Shown: one piece after another, positions 38,525-52,260 of the stretch | Layout of the letters: every line of letters starts with the position of its first letter | Position numbering within the stretch: position 1 is the stretch's first letter | Assembly (NCBI RefSeq): GCF_036365525.1 | Contig: NC_090401.1 | Coordinates: forward strand, 42,864,683 to 42,928,682 | Direction: 5' to 3' | Length of the DNA stretch: 64,000 nucleotides | Source: Heterodontus francisci | Taxonomy: Eukaryota | Translations under genes and position numbers: made by a program | Notes under the pieces: model-generated | Database searches by the model: none | Told to the model about the DNA's origin: nothing | What the model saw: only the letters and a program-made list of their open reading frames with translations

Positions 38525-39412
38525 AAAGATTGGTTGTGTGGTCGATGGTGAGGAGGATAGTTGTAGGCTGCAGGAAGATATTGATGGTCTGGCCAGATGG
38601 GCAGAAAAGTGGCAAATGGAATTCAACCTGGAGAAGTGCGAGGTGATGCATTTGGGGAGGTCAAACAAGGCAAAGGAATACACGATTAAATGGGAAAATA
38701 TTGAGAAGTGTAGAGGAAGTGTTTTACCTTGGAGTAAATGTCCACAGATCCCTGAAGGTAGCAGGACAGGTCGATAAGGTCGTTAAGAAGGCATATGGAA
38801 TCCTTTATTAGCCGAGGTATAGAATATAAGAGTAGGAGGGTTATGCTGGAACTGCATAACTCAGTGGTTAGCCACAACTTGAGTGTGCAGTTCTGGTCAC
38901 CTCATTACAGAAAGGATGTAAATGCACTACACAGGGTATGGAGGAGGTTTATGAGGATGTTGCCAGGACTGGAAAAATGCAGCTATGAGGAAAGATTGGA
39001 TAGGCTGGGGTTGTTCTTAGAACAGAGAAGGCTGAGGGGAGATCTGATTGAAATGTACAAAATTTTGAGGGGCCTGGATAGAGTGTTGAAGGGTCTATTC
39101 CCCTCAGCAGAGAGGTCAGTGACTAGGGGACATAGATTTCAAGTGTTTGGTAGAAAGATTAGAGGGGAGATGAGGAAAAACGTTTTCACCCAGAGGGTGG
39201 TGGGAGTCTGGAACTCACTGCCTGAAAGCGTAGTTGAGGCAGAAACCCTCAACTCATTCAAAAGGAGTCTGGATATGCACCTCGTGCTGTAATCTGCAGA
39301 GCCACGGACCAAATGTTGGAAGGTGGGATTAGCATAGGTGCATTGTTTTTCGGCCGGCACAGACACGATGGGCCAAGTGGCCTCTTTCTGTGTCTTAAAC
39401 TTTCTATGATTC
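38525..39412 (+). mobile_element. CR1 LINE 3' fragment
   Basis: WAEKWQMEFNLEKCEVMHLG; LEQRRLRGDLIEMYKIL; ttctatgattc tail. Confidence 0.88.
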
Positions 39413-40185
39413 ACAATTCCAGGATCAGTAGAGCACACAGTGGTCCACTCACAACTCCTATACCAATTCCACACAGACCACCAAATCACAGCACACTAAA
39501 GAAACACACAGGTGACACCAGAACAACAACACATATCCAGCAAAATGCACCCAACTCTTCTCCATCTCCTATAATTATTCCACTACCATGGCTACATTGC
39601 CCTCCCAAGCTCCACAGCTACAGTTGCCCCCACAAGCTCCCAAGATCATTCCATTACCATAAACACGTGACCAGATCAACATCTTCTAGAATGGATGAGC
39701 GAACTCCACACATTCCATTCTAGAAGACACCACTACCCTAGGCCCACCAACCCATCACATGCCCGCCTACATAATGCATCCCTTGTTCATCAGAAAGCTA
39801 TTTTAACCCGTCGTGTGCTGATCCCACAAGCACCCCAGGACATTGAGGCACACAGGTGGTGTTCCCACATCCCCACCAGCTTGAGTCACCGCCTTTTCCT
39901 CCCCCCGCCAGCTCAGTTCATCCTCCACCCCACCCACCAGCATGGGACATCTTGTGTGCCACCCCCATCCCACCCACAGCCAACATGGGACATCCTGTGT
40001 CCCCACTCCACCACCCCACAGCTAGCATGAGGAATTTTTCCCTCCCAAACTGAACAAAGTCCAGCCACCATCACCCTACAATCCCTCCATTTGTGCTGGG
40101 AGAACTTGCCCTGGTTATAGTGAGACAGACTGGTTACACTAGCTAGTACAATGGATCTTTATCAAGTGCAGCAACTGAGGACTTA

Positions 40186-40305
<120 letters not shown>

Positions 40306-42115
40306 CTAAGTGCACAGAGAGCAAGCAGTTTTTCAACAGGACTCCACTCATTAGTACTGAGTTGCTCTCATCAGATAGGATTGGATAGGCTTACATTGAT
40401 AGAGTAACCAAATTTAAAATGTAGGTCAAGGATGCGTGAAAATAAGTGCGATGATCTGTTCACAAACAAGCCAAGATAAAAGACAGGCAATGTGTTTAAA
40501 ATGTTTTGGTATGTCACCAGTCCGATTCATCAGACTGACTGTTTGTACTTTAGAAGTGCTTTCAAAGGAGGCAAGGTGGTTGAAGTCTGTCAATGTGAAA
40601 TGAGGAAGTGGGTGGGATGCGCTGGAGGCCAGAGACAAAGAATCAGTGGACATGGGGAGGGGACACAAAAGGCTGGAGTAGATTGCAAATGTAGGGTTGG
40701 ATGTGGCTGTGGAAAGATTTTAATATAAGGATGAGGACAAAAATTTTTAATTTGATTTATTGGACAAGAAACCACTGCAGACTAGCAAGGATAGGGATGC
40801 TGAGCAAGTAGGATTTAGTGTAGGGCAAGGTACAAACAGCAGTTGGGAGGCTGGAAAACAGTGCAGTGTGGAAACTGAGTCTACAGATGACAACAGTGTA
40901 GCTTACGGCTTTGGATACCATGTGCTAGGGCCAAGGAACAGGGTGAAGTTACTAACAAAGCTGTGGCGTTTGCGGTAGGTGTCATAACTGCTTTTCTTTT
41001 CTTGATGTTCAATTGGAGAAATTCACTCACTCATTCCTAACACTCTGGAACAATGATGGCCACTGCATTGACATAGAGCCTTTAATCTGGAATAATGTCT
41101 TTAAGGCGCTGTATAGGCTCAAGAAAAAGTAGATGCTGAGCCCAAAAAAGAGATTAGGAAGAGAGACCAAAACCTGAGCCAAGAGGTGGGTTTTAAGGAT
41201 GGTATTAAAAGGAGAGGAAGCTGGATAGGCAGAGGGGTTTAGGAAGGGAATTTCAAAGAGTAAGACCTAGGTGGTTGAAGGCACACTGCTAATGGTAGGG
41301 TGACAGGATGGTGGGTGGTGGAAGACGTGCAAGAGGAACAGAGTTTGAGGAAGAGGTGAGGGCATGGAAGGATTTAAACACAAGGGTAGAATGTGGTGAG
41401 GCTGAAAACCAAAGTATGGCTGGATGGGGGGTTGATGGACGAGTGGGACTTGGTGCAGGAAGACAGACAGGCGAATGCACAGAGGTTGTCAGTATCTACA
41501 GAGATAGGTAGAGCTGCCCATCGGCAACACTGACCCTGGAACCTGACCATATTTTTATGAACTACATCACTGAGGGATAGCAAATAAATAAGGGAGAGGA
41601 GGGGGCCAATGATGGAAAGAGTCTGAGGTGATTGTGAAGAATGGAGATACACTGGCTGCATTGGACAGGTTGGAGTGGAACTAGACAAGGGCAGTCCCAC
41701 TGAAGAGCTATGAGAATGGCCTCAAAGTTAAAGCTGTTGTATCTTCTGTAAGTGGGATTGTTTGTGCTTACATTATTAGTCTATGATTTAATCTCAGTCA
41801 TGCTCATTGTAAATCAAGTCTCTGCTACAAAGGTCTCACCTTTGGTATGTTCCAGCTTTGTGACTGAGAGGAAACACAATGGCCATGTTTCTGAAATCCA
41901 GCAAGCAATTCATCCCAATCGGAGTTAACTATTCTAATGATTCAGTGCAGCAGAGAGTATGAAAGATCATAAAGTCAAAATGCAAAAACTGACACCAGGC
42001 CCTCTGCATGTTCCAGAAGGCCCAAATAGTAACACGCCCCTTTAAAATCACTGTGCTCACCCGGCAGACACTCTCCATATGACAGGATTGGAGCAGAGAA
42101 ATTAAAAACACTCAC

Positions 42116-42199
42116 CTTTGAATTCTCAGGGTTAATTTTTTTGGTATTAAGCTCAGGATCTGTTGTCACTACTTTGCTCCACCATTCCATTTTATTGAT
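42116..42199 (-). CDS. NUDC: NUDC exon 7
   Basis: [28 protein letters not shown]; cag| acceptor, |gtgagt donor, 84 nt. Confidence 0.96.
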
Positions 42200-42434
42200 C
42201 TGAAATTAGAAAAGAAATCCTCACAGACGTGGACATGAATCACAAAAAGGTACAGCAAGAGCACAACTGAACTGGAATTCCCTGCAGACGCAGTGGGCAA
42301 GGAAATGTGCCCAGTGTAACCCTCACTCAGAGTCTGGGAATCCCATGGTAACCCTCACCCACAGCCTGATGTAAATCTCACCCACACACTGGGGAGTCCA
42401 GTGTAAACTCTACCCACAGACTGGAGATCCCATA

Positions 42435-45225
42435 TACGAACATACAAATTAGGAGAAGTAGGCCATTCGGCCCCTCTAGCCTGCTCTACCATTCAAGATG
42501 ATCATGGCTGATCTGTTTGTGTTTAGAATTCCACACTCCCATCTACCCCTGATAACCTTTAATTCCCTTGCCTAACAAGAATCTATCTACCTCCGCCTTA
42601 AAAATATTCAATGACCCCGCCTCCACCATCTTCTGAGACAGAGAATTCCAAAGTTGGACAACCCTCTGAGTAAAAAAATTTCTCCTCATCTCTGTCCTAA
42701 AAGGGTGACCCCTAATTTTAAAACAGTGCCCCCTAGTTCTGGACTCACCCACAAGAGGAAACATCCTTTCCACATCCACCTCGTCAAGACCGTTCAGGAT
42801 CTTATAAACTTCAATCAAGTCTCCCCTCACTCTTCTAAACTCCAGTGAAAACAAGCCCATTCTGTCCAATCTTTCCTCACAAGACAACCCGCTCATACCA
42901 GTTATTAATCTAGTAAACCTCCTCTGAACCACATCCAACGCATTCACATCCTTCCTTAAATAACTAGGCCAAAACTGCCCACAGTATTTGAGATGTGGTC
43001 TCACCAATGCCCTGTATAACTGAAGCATAACATCCTTACTTTTATTTTCAATTCCTCTCGTAATAAAGGATAGCATTCCATTAGCCTTCTTTATTACTTG
43101 CTGTATCTGCATACTAACTTTTTGTGACTCATGCACTAGAGCACCTAGATCCCTCTGCACCTCGGAATTCTGCAGCTGTTCTCCGTTTAAGTAATATTCT
43201 GCTTTTTTTTATTCTTCCTGCCAAAGTGAACAACTTCACATTCTTTGTGTCATCTGCAAATTTAGCTACCATGCCATCACTCCCCTCATCTAAGTCATTG
43301 ATATAAATTGTAAAAAGCTGAGGCCCCAGCACAGACCCCTACAGGACTCCACTCATCACATCCTGCCAATCAGAAAAGGACTTACTTATGCATACGCTGT
43401 TTTCTGCCAGCCAGCCAGCCAATCTTCTATCCATGCTAATATGTTACCCACTACACCATGAACTCCTACTTTGCGCAATGACCTTTTATGTGGCACCTTG
43501 TCAAATGCCTTCTGGAAATCCACATACAGTACGTCAACAGGCTCCCCTTTATCCACGCACATGTTACTCCTTCAAAGAACGCCAATAAATTGGTTAAACA
43601 TGATTTCCCTTTCACAAAGCCATGCTGACTATTCCCGATTACCTTGAGTTTTTCTAAATGCCCAGCTATAGCCTCCTTAATGATCAATTCTAACATCTTC
43701 CCCACAACAGACATCAAGCTAACTGGCTTATATAGTTACCTGTTTTCTGCCTCCATTCCCTACCACCACTCTTGAATAGAGGGGTTATATTTGCTATTTT
43801 CCAGTCTGATGGAACCTTTCCAGAATCTAGCGAATTTTGAAAAATTATCACCAAAGCAACTATTACCTCATTAGCCACCTCTTTTAAGACCCTAGGATGA
43901 AGCCCATCAGGCCCCAGGGACTTGACAGCCTACAACTCCATCAGTTTGCTCAGTACCATTTTCACCAAGTTCCTCTCTTCCTTCCACTTCCTGATTTACA
44001 GCTATTACTGGAATGTTTTTTGAATCCTCTATAATGAAGACAGAAGCAAAATATTTGTCCATTTCAGCCACCATTTCCTTATTATCTATTAACTCCCCAA
44101 TCTCTAGATGACCAACACTCACTTTACTTACTCTTTTCCTTTTTAAATTCCTGTAGAAATTCTTGCTATCCGTTTTTACATTTCTAGCTAGCTTCCTCTC
44201 ATACTCTAATTTCTTTCTCCTGATTAACCTTTTAGTCATTCTCTGCCGTTCTTTATATTCTGACCAATCATCTGAACTGCCACCCACCTTTGCACAATTA
44301 TATGCCTTTTCCTTACGTTTGATGCTTTCTTTAATTTCTATCCATGCTAATATGTTACCCACTACACCATGAACTCCTACTTTGCGCAATGACCTTTTAT
44401 GTGGCACCTGGTCAAATGCCTTCTGGAAATCCACGTACAGTATGTAAACATGATTTCCCTTTATCCACACACATGTTACTCCTTCAAAGAACGCCAATAA
44501 ATTGGTTAAACATGATTTCCCTTTCACAAAGCCATGCTGACTATTCCACGGATGGTGGGTCCTCCCCTTAGAATTTTTCTTTATAGTAGGAATATACTTA
44601 TCTTGAGTAATCTGAAATATGCCCTTGAATGTCTGCCACTGCTTCTCTATTGATCTATCTCCTAGCCTCGTAACCCAGGTCACTTCAGCTAGCTCAGCTT
44701 TCATGCCCACATAGTTGGCCTTATTTAAGTTTAAAATACTTAGACTCACTCTTCTCTCTTTCAAACTGGAAGTAAAATTCAATCATATTGTGGTTGCTGC
44801 TACCTAGAGGTGCCTTTACTGAGGTCATTAATTAATCCTGTCACACGACACAATACCAAGTCTAATATAACCCACTGTCTGGTTGGTTCCAGAACGTGCT
44901 GCTCTAAGAAATTATCTCGAAAGCATTCTATGAACTTCTCATCCAGGCTCCTATTGCCAATCTGATTTTTCCAGTTTATATGTAGATTAAATATCACCCA
45001 TGATTATTGCCGTCCCTTTATCACAAGCACCCAATATTTCTTCTTGTATACTTCGTCCTACATTATGGTTACTGTAAGGGGGTCTGTAGACCACTCCCAC
45101 TAGTGACTTCTTTCCCTTACTATTCCTCATCTCCACCCAAACCAATTCTACATCCTGATCTCCTGAACCAAGGTCATCTCTAACTATTGCACAAATGCCA
45201 TCTGTGATTAAGAGAGCTACCCCTC
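42435..45225 (-). mobile_element. Long CR1 LINE (part of the endonuclease through RT to the 3' tail) in NUDC intron 6
   Basis: VGVVYRPP, ILDLVLC, SQHGFVKGKSCLTNL, KFADDTK, RRVRGDLIEVYKIL; catacgaacatac tail; multiple frameshifts. Confidence 0.92.
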
Positions 45226-45397
45226 TAAGAGTGCTACAATCCCCATATGGATTGTACACTCTTCTCCTGCAGGGATACATCTCATTGCCCAAGTCCAGAG
45301 CTGTGGAGTAAGTTAAGAGCAAAGACATGAGGACCTCCAGTGTGGGCAGGGGTATGAATGAGGTTTCATTCTACCCACCATGTCGATGCCAGCTCAC

Positions 45398-45592
45398 CTT
45401 CTCTAGATGTACATTAATGCTCTTTCCATCCTCCAGCAGCCATGAGCTTTCTTCCACTTTCACATCATTGAACATCTCACCATCGATCACAGGAGGGTGG
45501 CCTTTCAAACCCACTTTCAAGTGACGTCTTTGGATCTCCACAATGAGGTCCCGACTCTTCAATCTGAAGTTGACTTGGAATGGAACCATGAG
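45398..45592 (-). CDS. NUDC: NUDC exon 6 (CS/p23-like domain)
   Basis: [31 protein letters not shown]...[22 protein letters not shown]; 195 nt, AG/GT bounded. Confidence 0.96.
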
Positions 45593-45978
45593 CTGCGAAC
45601 ACAAGAAAGTAAGAACAATAAAACAGCCATTCAGCCATAGCCAGTTACTCAATCCAATCATTTTGTCCTGTGTTACCCAAATCTACACTGCATCTGAAAT
45701 CCATCCATTCCCCTTCCAAATCCTTCAAAGCTATAACAGTATTTATTGCATCATGGAAACCTCTAATATAAATGTAAAATTATTTCTGAGTTTACCTCAA
45801 ATTATATTATCTGCAATTTGTCATCACACCCCCATCTCACCATCAAAATTCCCCTCCATTTTCTCAATGTGAATATCCCCCTTTACTGCAGCCATTATAT
45901 TTGTTGCTTCATTTCCTGCCCTAGCCTGGCCTCATGAGCACTGTAGTAAATGATTGGAGCAGTGCGAGTGACACTTAC

Positions 45979-46098
45979 ATCCACCTCAGACAGGGTCTGG
46001 GTCCACCGATAGTTTGGCAGATCGGCACCATTTCCAGCATTGGGCTTCAGTTTCCCTTTATCCTTCTCATCTTCTTCACCTTCAGACTCGGACTCTGT
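45979..46098 (-). CDS. NUDC: NUDC exon 5
   Basis: [40 protein letters not shown]; 120 nt, tag| acceptor, |gtaagt donor. Confidence 0.96.
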
Positions 46099-47124
46099 CT
46101 ACAGAAGCGTGAGGGATCACAAGAGAACAGTCAATACAGGACACATCTTGCAGCAATATAAACTTTGTTTCTCAAAATATATATGGAACGTTTCACAAAT
46201 GTGTGCATGGATGTTGGACAACAGAATCTTAGTTATAATGTGCATGGTCACAGAGTGAGCACTACAGCAGTCACGTACAGTCACAGAGCGACCACTGCAG
46301 TTTTGTACAGGGACTGTGCAGCAGCCAGGCCGATCTGGTCATCAGATTCCATTACAGTCAAAATTGAAAATTCAACCAGATGAAGCAAAGGCACTAGAGA
46401 TTTAAACATTAAATTTTAAGATGGAATGAAGTTAGAGGCTTGGGCCTGGTGAAGCCTGGCACTCACTTAATGAGCAGTCTCAGTCGTTGCTGGGTGCTGA
46501 GGATGCCCAATTTCAACATTCTGTGATTTTCCTTACTGCTTTGTCTATGATAAATGCCAAAAGAGAGGAGCTTACAAGAACCAGATTTCCACACAGATTC
46601 TGGTCTGTGCACATTTTACAAAGTTATAAATAGAGGTTACAATATGGAAACAGGCCATTCAGCCCAACCAGCCCATGCTTGTGTTCACCCTGCACGCAGG
46701 AAAATAGTCCGAATCACATTTACCCGTCCTGTCCCCTTATCCTTTCAACACCTTTTCCATCATCTACCTGCCCGATCTAATCTGGAATGTTGACATAGTT
46801 TTGGTCTCAACCACTAACCCTGGAAATGAATCATACAACCTATTCAGTAACTTCTGCTGTACAGTGTGTGCTGTGATGCAATCTGTGTTTGAATAGCTTG
46901 TTATCTGGGCCCACATAATAAAGAAAGGACAGATGGGTGAGGCGCTGATGACTGCAAAGAATTTAAATAGACAAGTGGAGACAATCGGGAAAAAAAACTC
47001 AGCAGATAAAGAAATTAAGATAGAATTTGTGGATTTTTAAATATGGCCCTGTCTCTCTTTTCCCAAAGCCCTTTAAACAATCTTCCTCCTTTCCCTCTCC
47101 CACAGTGACTCAACTGTACATTAC

Positions 47125-47211
47125 CTGTTTTATTTCCGACTTTTCAGAGTTCCTTTCCCCGTTGGCAGCAATTTCGTCCCCATCACTTTCCTGTTTCTTA
47201 TGCTCCTTTTT
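47125..47211 (-). CDS. NUDC: NUDC exon 4 (variable linker)
   Basis: KKEHKKQESDGDEIAANGERNSEKSEIKQ; tttag| acceptor, |gtaatg donor, 87 nt, phase 0-0. Positionally equivalent to human KKDAEN...NG...KQ. Confidence 0.85.
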
Positions 47212-48324
47212 CTAAATGAAAAATGCAAAGTGAACGTTCTCATCATGGCACACCTGGCCAGCTATTAACCTCCGCCTCGCCGTGTGCAGGAATGTCAGGC
47301 ATAGCTCCCAGCTCTGGATTCCTGACACAGCTCCTGGGTTCCCTGGTGCTGCAACAGCTCCACAGGCACCAGTCAGTGTCTAGTGTTTTGTGCCCATGGT
47401 AATGCTTCACATGTAAATTTACCCAACATCAGCAACTGATTCAAACACACAGGGAGGGCATGACAGTGCAGCTGAACCTGTCCTCAACTCAAGAGGACGG
47501 CTGAGATCCAACTTTGTTTCGTCCATCGTCTGGATGGAAAATGAAGGAAAGGGGCTGAGTTTCAGGTCACAATTTCACCCAATTGCCAGATTGGAAGCTA
47601 GCAAGTTGCAGGCATGTAGGGTGCCACTGCGTGCTGCCTGTACGTGCCCTTCGGGGTCCCAGCACCAGTTGTAGGAGCCTAAGATATCCTTCTACAATTG
47701 GGAGGGTGCTTGTGCCAGAGAAAACTCCAAAGTGTTCCTGAGCTTGAGTGACTTCACTTGTGGCTCTTAAAGGGGCTGCTGGAATCGGCCACAAAAAGAT
47801 GGCCACAAAACCTTTTAATGGTTACATTTCTGTGCAGCCGGAAGCAGGAGGTGCCAGCCCAGACACCACTGCCCGCCCAACACCCAGATGCACCCACAAC
47901 AGACCCTCCACTCATCTCACAATACCTACCCAATGCCCCCAACCCATCCACCCACCCATCCATCTGCTCCCCGCCAGCCCATACCTCTCACCCCGCCAGC
48001 CTCCACCTAACAACACCACAACCCCAACAAGACACTGCACCTCCCACAACCACCGAACATCCCCACCCCCAGGCATCCTACCCAGCCACCATTTCACCCC
48101 AATTCCTACCTGCAGGCTAGTGTCACAGCTGGTCAGCACCGGTCATTCCCTGAGCTGCATCCGGATTCCTGATTGGTGGCCAAAGCTGGCCTCTTTCATG
48201 AAAATACCAGAGATGGAATTTCCTCTATGCCTCACCCTTCACCTGAGTTCCTTCCTTAGAAACCTGCTACATTATAATTGACTAATGGTAAATCTGAGAC
48301 ACCTACACCCAATCATGCCATACT

Positions 48325-49370
48325 GCAGCATAAGGAAGTCATTCGGCCCCTCAAGCCTGTTTCACCATTCAATTACATCATGGCTGATCCGTATCTGAAC
48401 TCCATCTACCCGCCCTGGTTCCATTGTCCTTAATACCCTTGCCTAACAAAAACCTTTCAATCTCAGCTTTGAAATTTTCAATTGACCTTGCCTCAACAGT
48501 TTTCTGGGGAAGAGAGTTCCCTTTGCGTGAAGAAATGCTACCTGACATCACCCCTGAATGGACTATATAATTTTAAGATTATGCCCTCTTGTTCTGGAAA
48601 CCCCCAACAGATGAAATAGTTTCTCTCTATCTACCCTATCAACTCCTTAGATAATTTTAAACACCGCAATTTCATCATCACATAATCTTCATTATTCACG
48701 GGAGTATAAGCCTAGTCTATGCAACCAGTCCTCATAATTTAACTCTTTTAGTGCCAGTATAATTCTGATGAATCTGTGCTGCACCCCTCCAAGGCCAATA
48801 TATCCTTCCTGAGATGCAGTAACCAAAAGTGAATGCAGTACTCAAAATGGGGTCGAACCAGGGCTTTATATAACAGCAACACAACATCCACTCCTTTGCA
48901 TTCCCGCCCCTTTGAGATAAAGGCCAACATTCCGTTTTCCTTTTTAATCATTTTTTGTATCTGCCACCAGCTTTTAGTGATTTCTGTACTTGAAACCTTT
49001 AATAATCTTTCAGAAAATACTTTAATCTATCTCAAGCGCAAAGTGGATGACCTCACACTTTCCCATATGAACTTCATCTGCTACAGTTTTGCCCACTCAC
49101 TTAATCTATCAATGTCCCTTTGCAACTTTCTGTTCCCATCTGCACTATTTACTGTGTCAACTAACTTGCATTCATCAGCAAATTTGGGTACACAGCTCTC
49201 TATTCTGTCATCCAAGTCATTTATAAATATGGTGAAAAGTTGAGGTCCCAGTAAAGATCCCTGCGCAACACAACTAGTCACATCCTGCCAATTATCTCTA
49301 TTCCTGTCTATGTCCTAACCAATTCCTATTCCAAGTCAATAGGTCGCCTTCAATTCCATGATCCAATTTT
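48325..49370 (-). mobile_element. CR1 LINE fragment ending ~40 bp from the exon 3 donor
   Basis: QGSLLGPQLFTIFINDLD, KFADECKL, LYKALVRPHFEYC. Confidence 0.85.
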
Positions 49371-49411
49371 TGTGCTGTGATTGGCCTGTGGATGCTGCAT
49401 GCCACACTCAC

Positions 49412-49621
49412 CTGGTCAATCTCCCTCTGCAATTTTTCTGCCTCCTCGTCAGTCAGCTCTTTGATTTTTGGCTGCTTTGGATCTGGTTCAGATTTCTCCT
49501 TCTCCTCAGTGAGCTTTGCCCGTTCCAAGTTATCTTTTCTCTCTGCTTCCTTTTTCACTTCCTTCTCCATCTGAACCTGTATCGCTAATTTTTGATGGTG
49601 TTTGAATGTTTCTGTGACCAA
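49412..49621 (-). CDS. NUDC: NUDC exon 3 (coiled coil)
   Basis: LVTETFKHHQKLA...PKIKELTDEEAEKLQREIDQ; 210 nt, cag| acceptor, |gtgagt donor. Confidence 0.96.
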
Positions 49622-49800
49622 CTGTGGAAAATATATGATCAGAATTATCAGTTAAAGGGGAGACCCATAATCAAATTGAATTGAGAGAGAGAAAGAGATG
49701 TATATGTAGCAGGGCCCTCTGTACTGAGAGAGAGATGGAAATACAGCGGGGCCCCCAGAAATGAGAGAGGTGGAGACTTAATGGAACCCCCTGGACTCAC

Positions 49801-49878
49801 TTTGTTAGCTGCTCCCTGCTCTCCACCAGTGAAGAAGTCAGTCTTTCGCCTCAGGAAACTGAAGAATGTATCCACGAG
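49801..49878 (-). CDS. NUDC: NUDC exon 2
   Basis: [26 protein letters not shown]; 78 nt, cag| acceptor, |gtgagt donor. Confidence 0.96.
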
Positions 49879-50364
49879 CTGGAAAAGAAAATTTTATTCA
49901 GACCCGCTGAAGTTGACAGGTCACCCAGCATCAGCCAAGTACATTCTCCCATAAAAATCACATTAAGTAAGAATGAATTAAATCAAGTCAGAAACACAAA
50001 AATACATTCACTCAATTTCACATGGAAATAAACCAACTTTAAATTGTTTGATGTTTGAGTGCAGCTCACTGTGCGAGCTGGTAGGGGAGGAGCACCATGC
50101 AGTGCCGTACATCAAACTCTCATTTCCTCTCATAGCACTGGTGAACTGGACATTTCACCATTTAACCTTTCTTTCAGTTGTACAGCGGGCAAACTACCAT
50201 TACCAGCTGTTGCACCAGCACTCAGCATTGACAAGAAACTCAGAGTAAACAAGGGTGTACTCCTGCTGCTGGAGGCAGAGCCAGTACACAGCTGTTCAGA
50301 GATAGAGTCAGGCAGGCTCAATGGCTGAAGTGACCAAGGCCATCCCACAGACCAGAGAATCTAT

Positions 50365-50760
50365 CAGTTAGGTGAGTCAGAAGGGCATGAATTCAAGTCA
50401 CAGTCCGAAGACCTGAGTTTATAATCCAGGCTGATGCCCCCAGTGCAGTACTGAGGGAGTGCTGCATTGTCAGAGCTGCTGTCTGTCAGATGAAGAGTCA
50501 AACCGAGGCCCCGCCTGCCTTCTTTGGGGGATGGAAAAGATCCCATGGTTATTTCGAAAGAAGAGCAGGGAGGGTCTCCACGATGTGCTGGCTGATGGCT
50601 GTCCCTCAATCACCATCACAAAAACAGAGTAGCCAGACATTTACCACATTGCTGGTTGTGGGATCTTACTGTGCGATGTTTAGCTATTGCTTTTCCTACA
50701 TTACAACAGTAACTACATTTCAGAGTGCTTTGGTATGTCCTAAGGTCATGGAATTCTTTC
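50365..50760 (+). mobile_element. tRNA-derived SINE, unexpanded reference copy
   Basis: Head tgagtcagaagggcatgaattcaagtc; a single copy of cagtactgagggagtgctgcattgtc; body cagatgaagagtcaaaccgaggcccc; L2-like tail. Confidence 0.75.
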
Positions 50761-51039
50761 TTTTTTTAAGTTTGCTATTGTAGGGATGGTTCCAGGTACT
50801 GTGTACTGTTGTGCATGTGCACAGCGAGGTGCATAGAGACTGCAGAAAGCACAGTGTTAAACAGATACATTTTCCAGAGCAAAAGGAGCAGCTGAGGAGT
50901 TATCCAGAAAAGGCTTGCAATATAGAGCAGCCTCAATTTCATGGGCATGAGGGGATCTACACGTGAAGTGGGGGAGAGGGAGGGGACATCCATTCGTAAA
51001 GGGAGGCGGGGAGGGCATCCACCCAGGGAGCCAGGGGAG

Positions 51040-51696
51040 ATAGAATCCATCAACATTCTGGGGGTTACCATTGACCAGAAACTGAACTGGACCAGCCACA
51101 TATACTGTGGCTACAAGAGCAGGTCAGAGGCTAGGAATTTTGCGGCGAATAAATCACCTGTTTCCCCAGTGCCTGTCCACCATCTACAAGACACAAGTCA
51201 GGAATGTGATGTAATACTCTCCACTTGCCTGGATGGCTACAGCTCCAACAACATTCAAGAAGCTCAACACCTTCCAGGACAAAGCAGCCTGCCTGATTGC
51301 CACCCCATCCACAGCTTTCAATATCCAATCCCTTCACCGATGCACAGTGGGAGCAGTGTGTACCATCTACAAGATGTACGGCAGCAACTCACCAAGGCTC
51401 CTTCGACAGCACCTTCCAACCCACGACCTGTACTACCTAGAAGGACAAGGGCAGCAAATGCATGGGAACACCACCAACTGCGTGTTCCCCCTCCTGACTT
51501 GGAACTATAATCACTGTTCCTTCACTATCGCAGGGTCAAAATCCTGGAACTCCCTTCCTAACAGCACTGTTGGTGTACCTACACCCCAAGGACTGCAGCA
51601 GTTCAAGAAGGCAGCTCACCACCACCTTCTCAAGAGCAATTCGGGATGGGCAATAAATTCTGGCCTTGCCAGTGACGCCCATGAATGAATAAAAAA
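51040..51696 (+). mobile_element. CR1-like LINE 3' fragment (second family)
   Basis: ILGVTIDQKLNWTSHI; KKLNTFQDKAACLI; atgaatgaataaaaaa tail. Confidence 0.8.
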
Positions 51697-51873
51697 TCTA
51701 CCCCCTCCCTTGTGGGGGATCTACCCACCGGCCCGCGGGGGGGGGGGGGGGGGGGAATCTACCCATCGGCCCGTGGGGGGAGGGGATCTACCCACAGGTT
51801 CGTGGGGGGAGGGGATCTACACACTGGGTGGGGTGGGCCTAGCTCCAAGCCGGAGTGGGGATCTCCTTCATAC

Positions 51874-51954
51874 CTGGTGAACACCCCCTTCATGTTGCTG
51901 GGCCATGGCCAGCAGAATCCCATCGAAGCGATCCTCGCCAGATGAGTCGCCCAT
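51874..51954 (-). CDS. NUDC: NUDC exon 1 (start codon)
   Basis: Kozak gacaccATGG; MGDSSGEDRFDGILLAMAQQHEGGVHQ|gtatga; 81 nt. Missed by the ORF track. Confidence 0.96.
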
Positions 51955-51959
51955 GGTGT

Positions 51960-52260
51960 CTCTGTGTTAATGCGGTTCCCTCAGGCTATCACTCAGTCAC
52001 ACGCTGCTCCAGGCCCAGGCCGCTCACCCGGAAGTATTGCCGCCCCCCCCCCGGTCAAATGTGATGGACAAGTGTCTCAACCAATCAGCAGATACGCTGA
52101 GGCAGACGCATGACGCCAAACCAATAGAATTCGACTGGGTTCGATGTTGTGGGCGCAGTCACCATGGAAACTGGAACATTCGGGAATTGGGCCCTCGTAA
52201 CCCGGGCTTCAGCACATTCTCGATTTTGTGGCTCTAATTTGGCCTGACGTGTTTGCAGTT
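51960..52260 (-). promoter_or_regulatory. NUDC CpG-rich promoter with ETS and paired CCAAT boxes
   Basis: CCGGAAGT at 52028-52035; CCAAT at 52081-52085 and 52121-52125; TGACG half-sites; CpG-rich and no TATA. Confidence 0.7.

Noticed and set aside
51700-51830. Short gggggatctacccac repeats and a G18 run near the NUDC exon 1 donor
   Set aside because: Only ~4 degenerate copies, homopolymer length is unreliable, and nothing supports a function.
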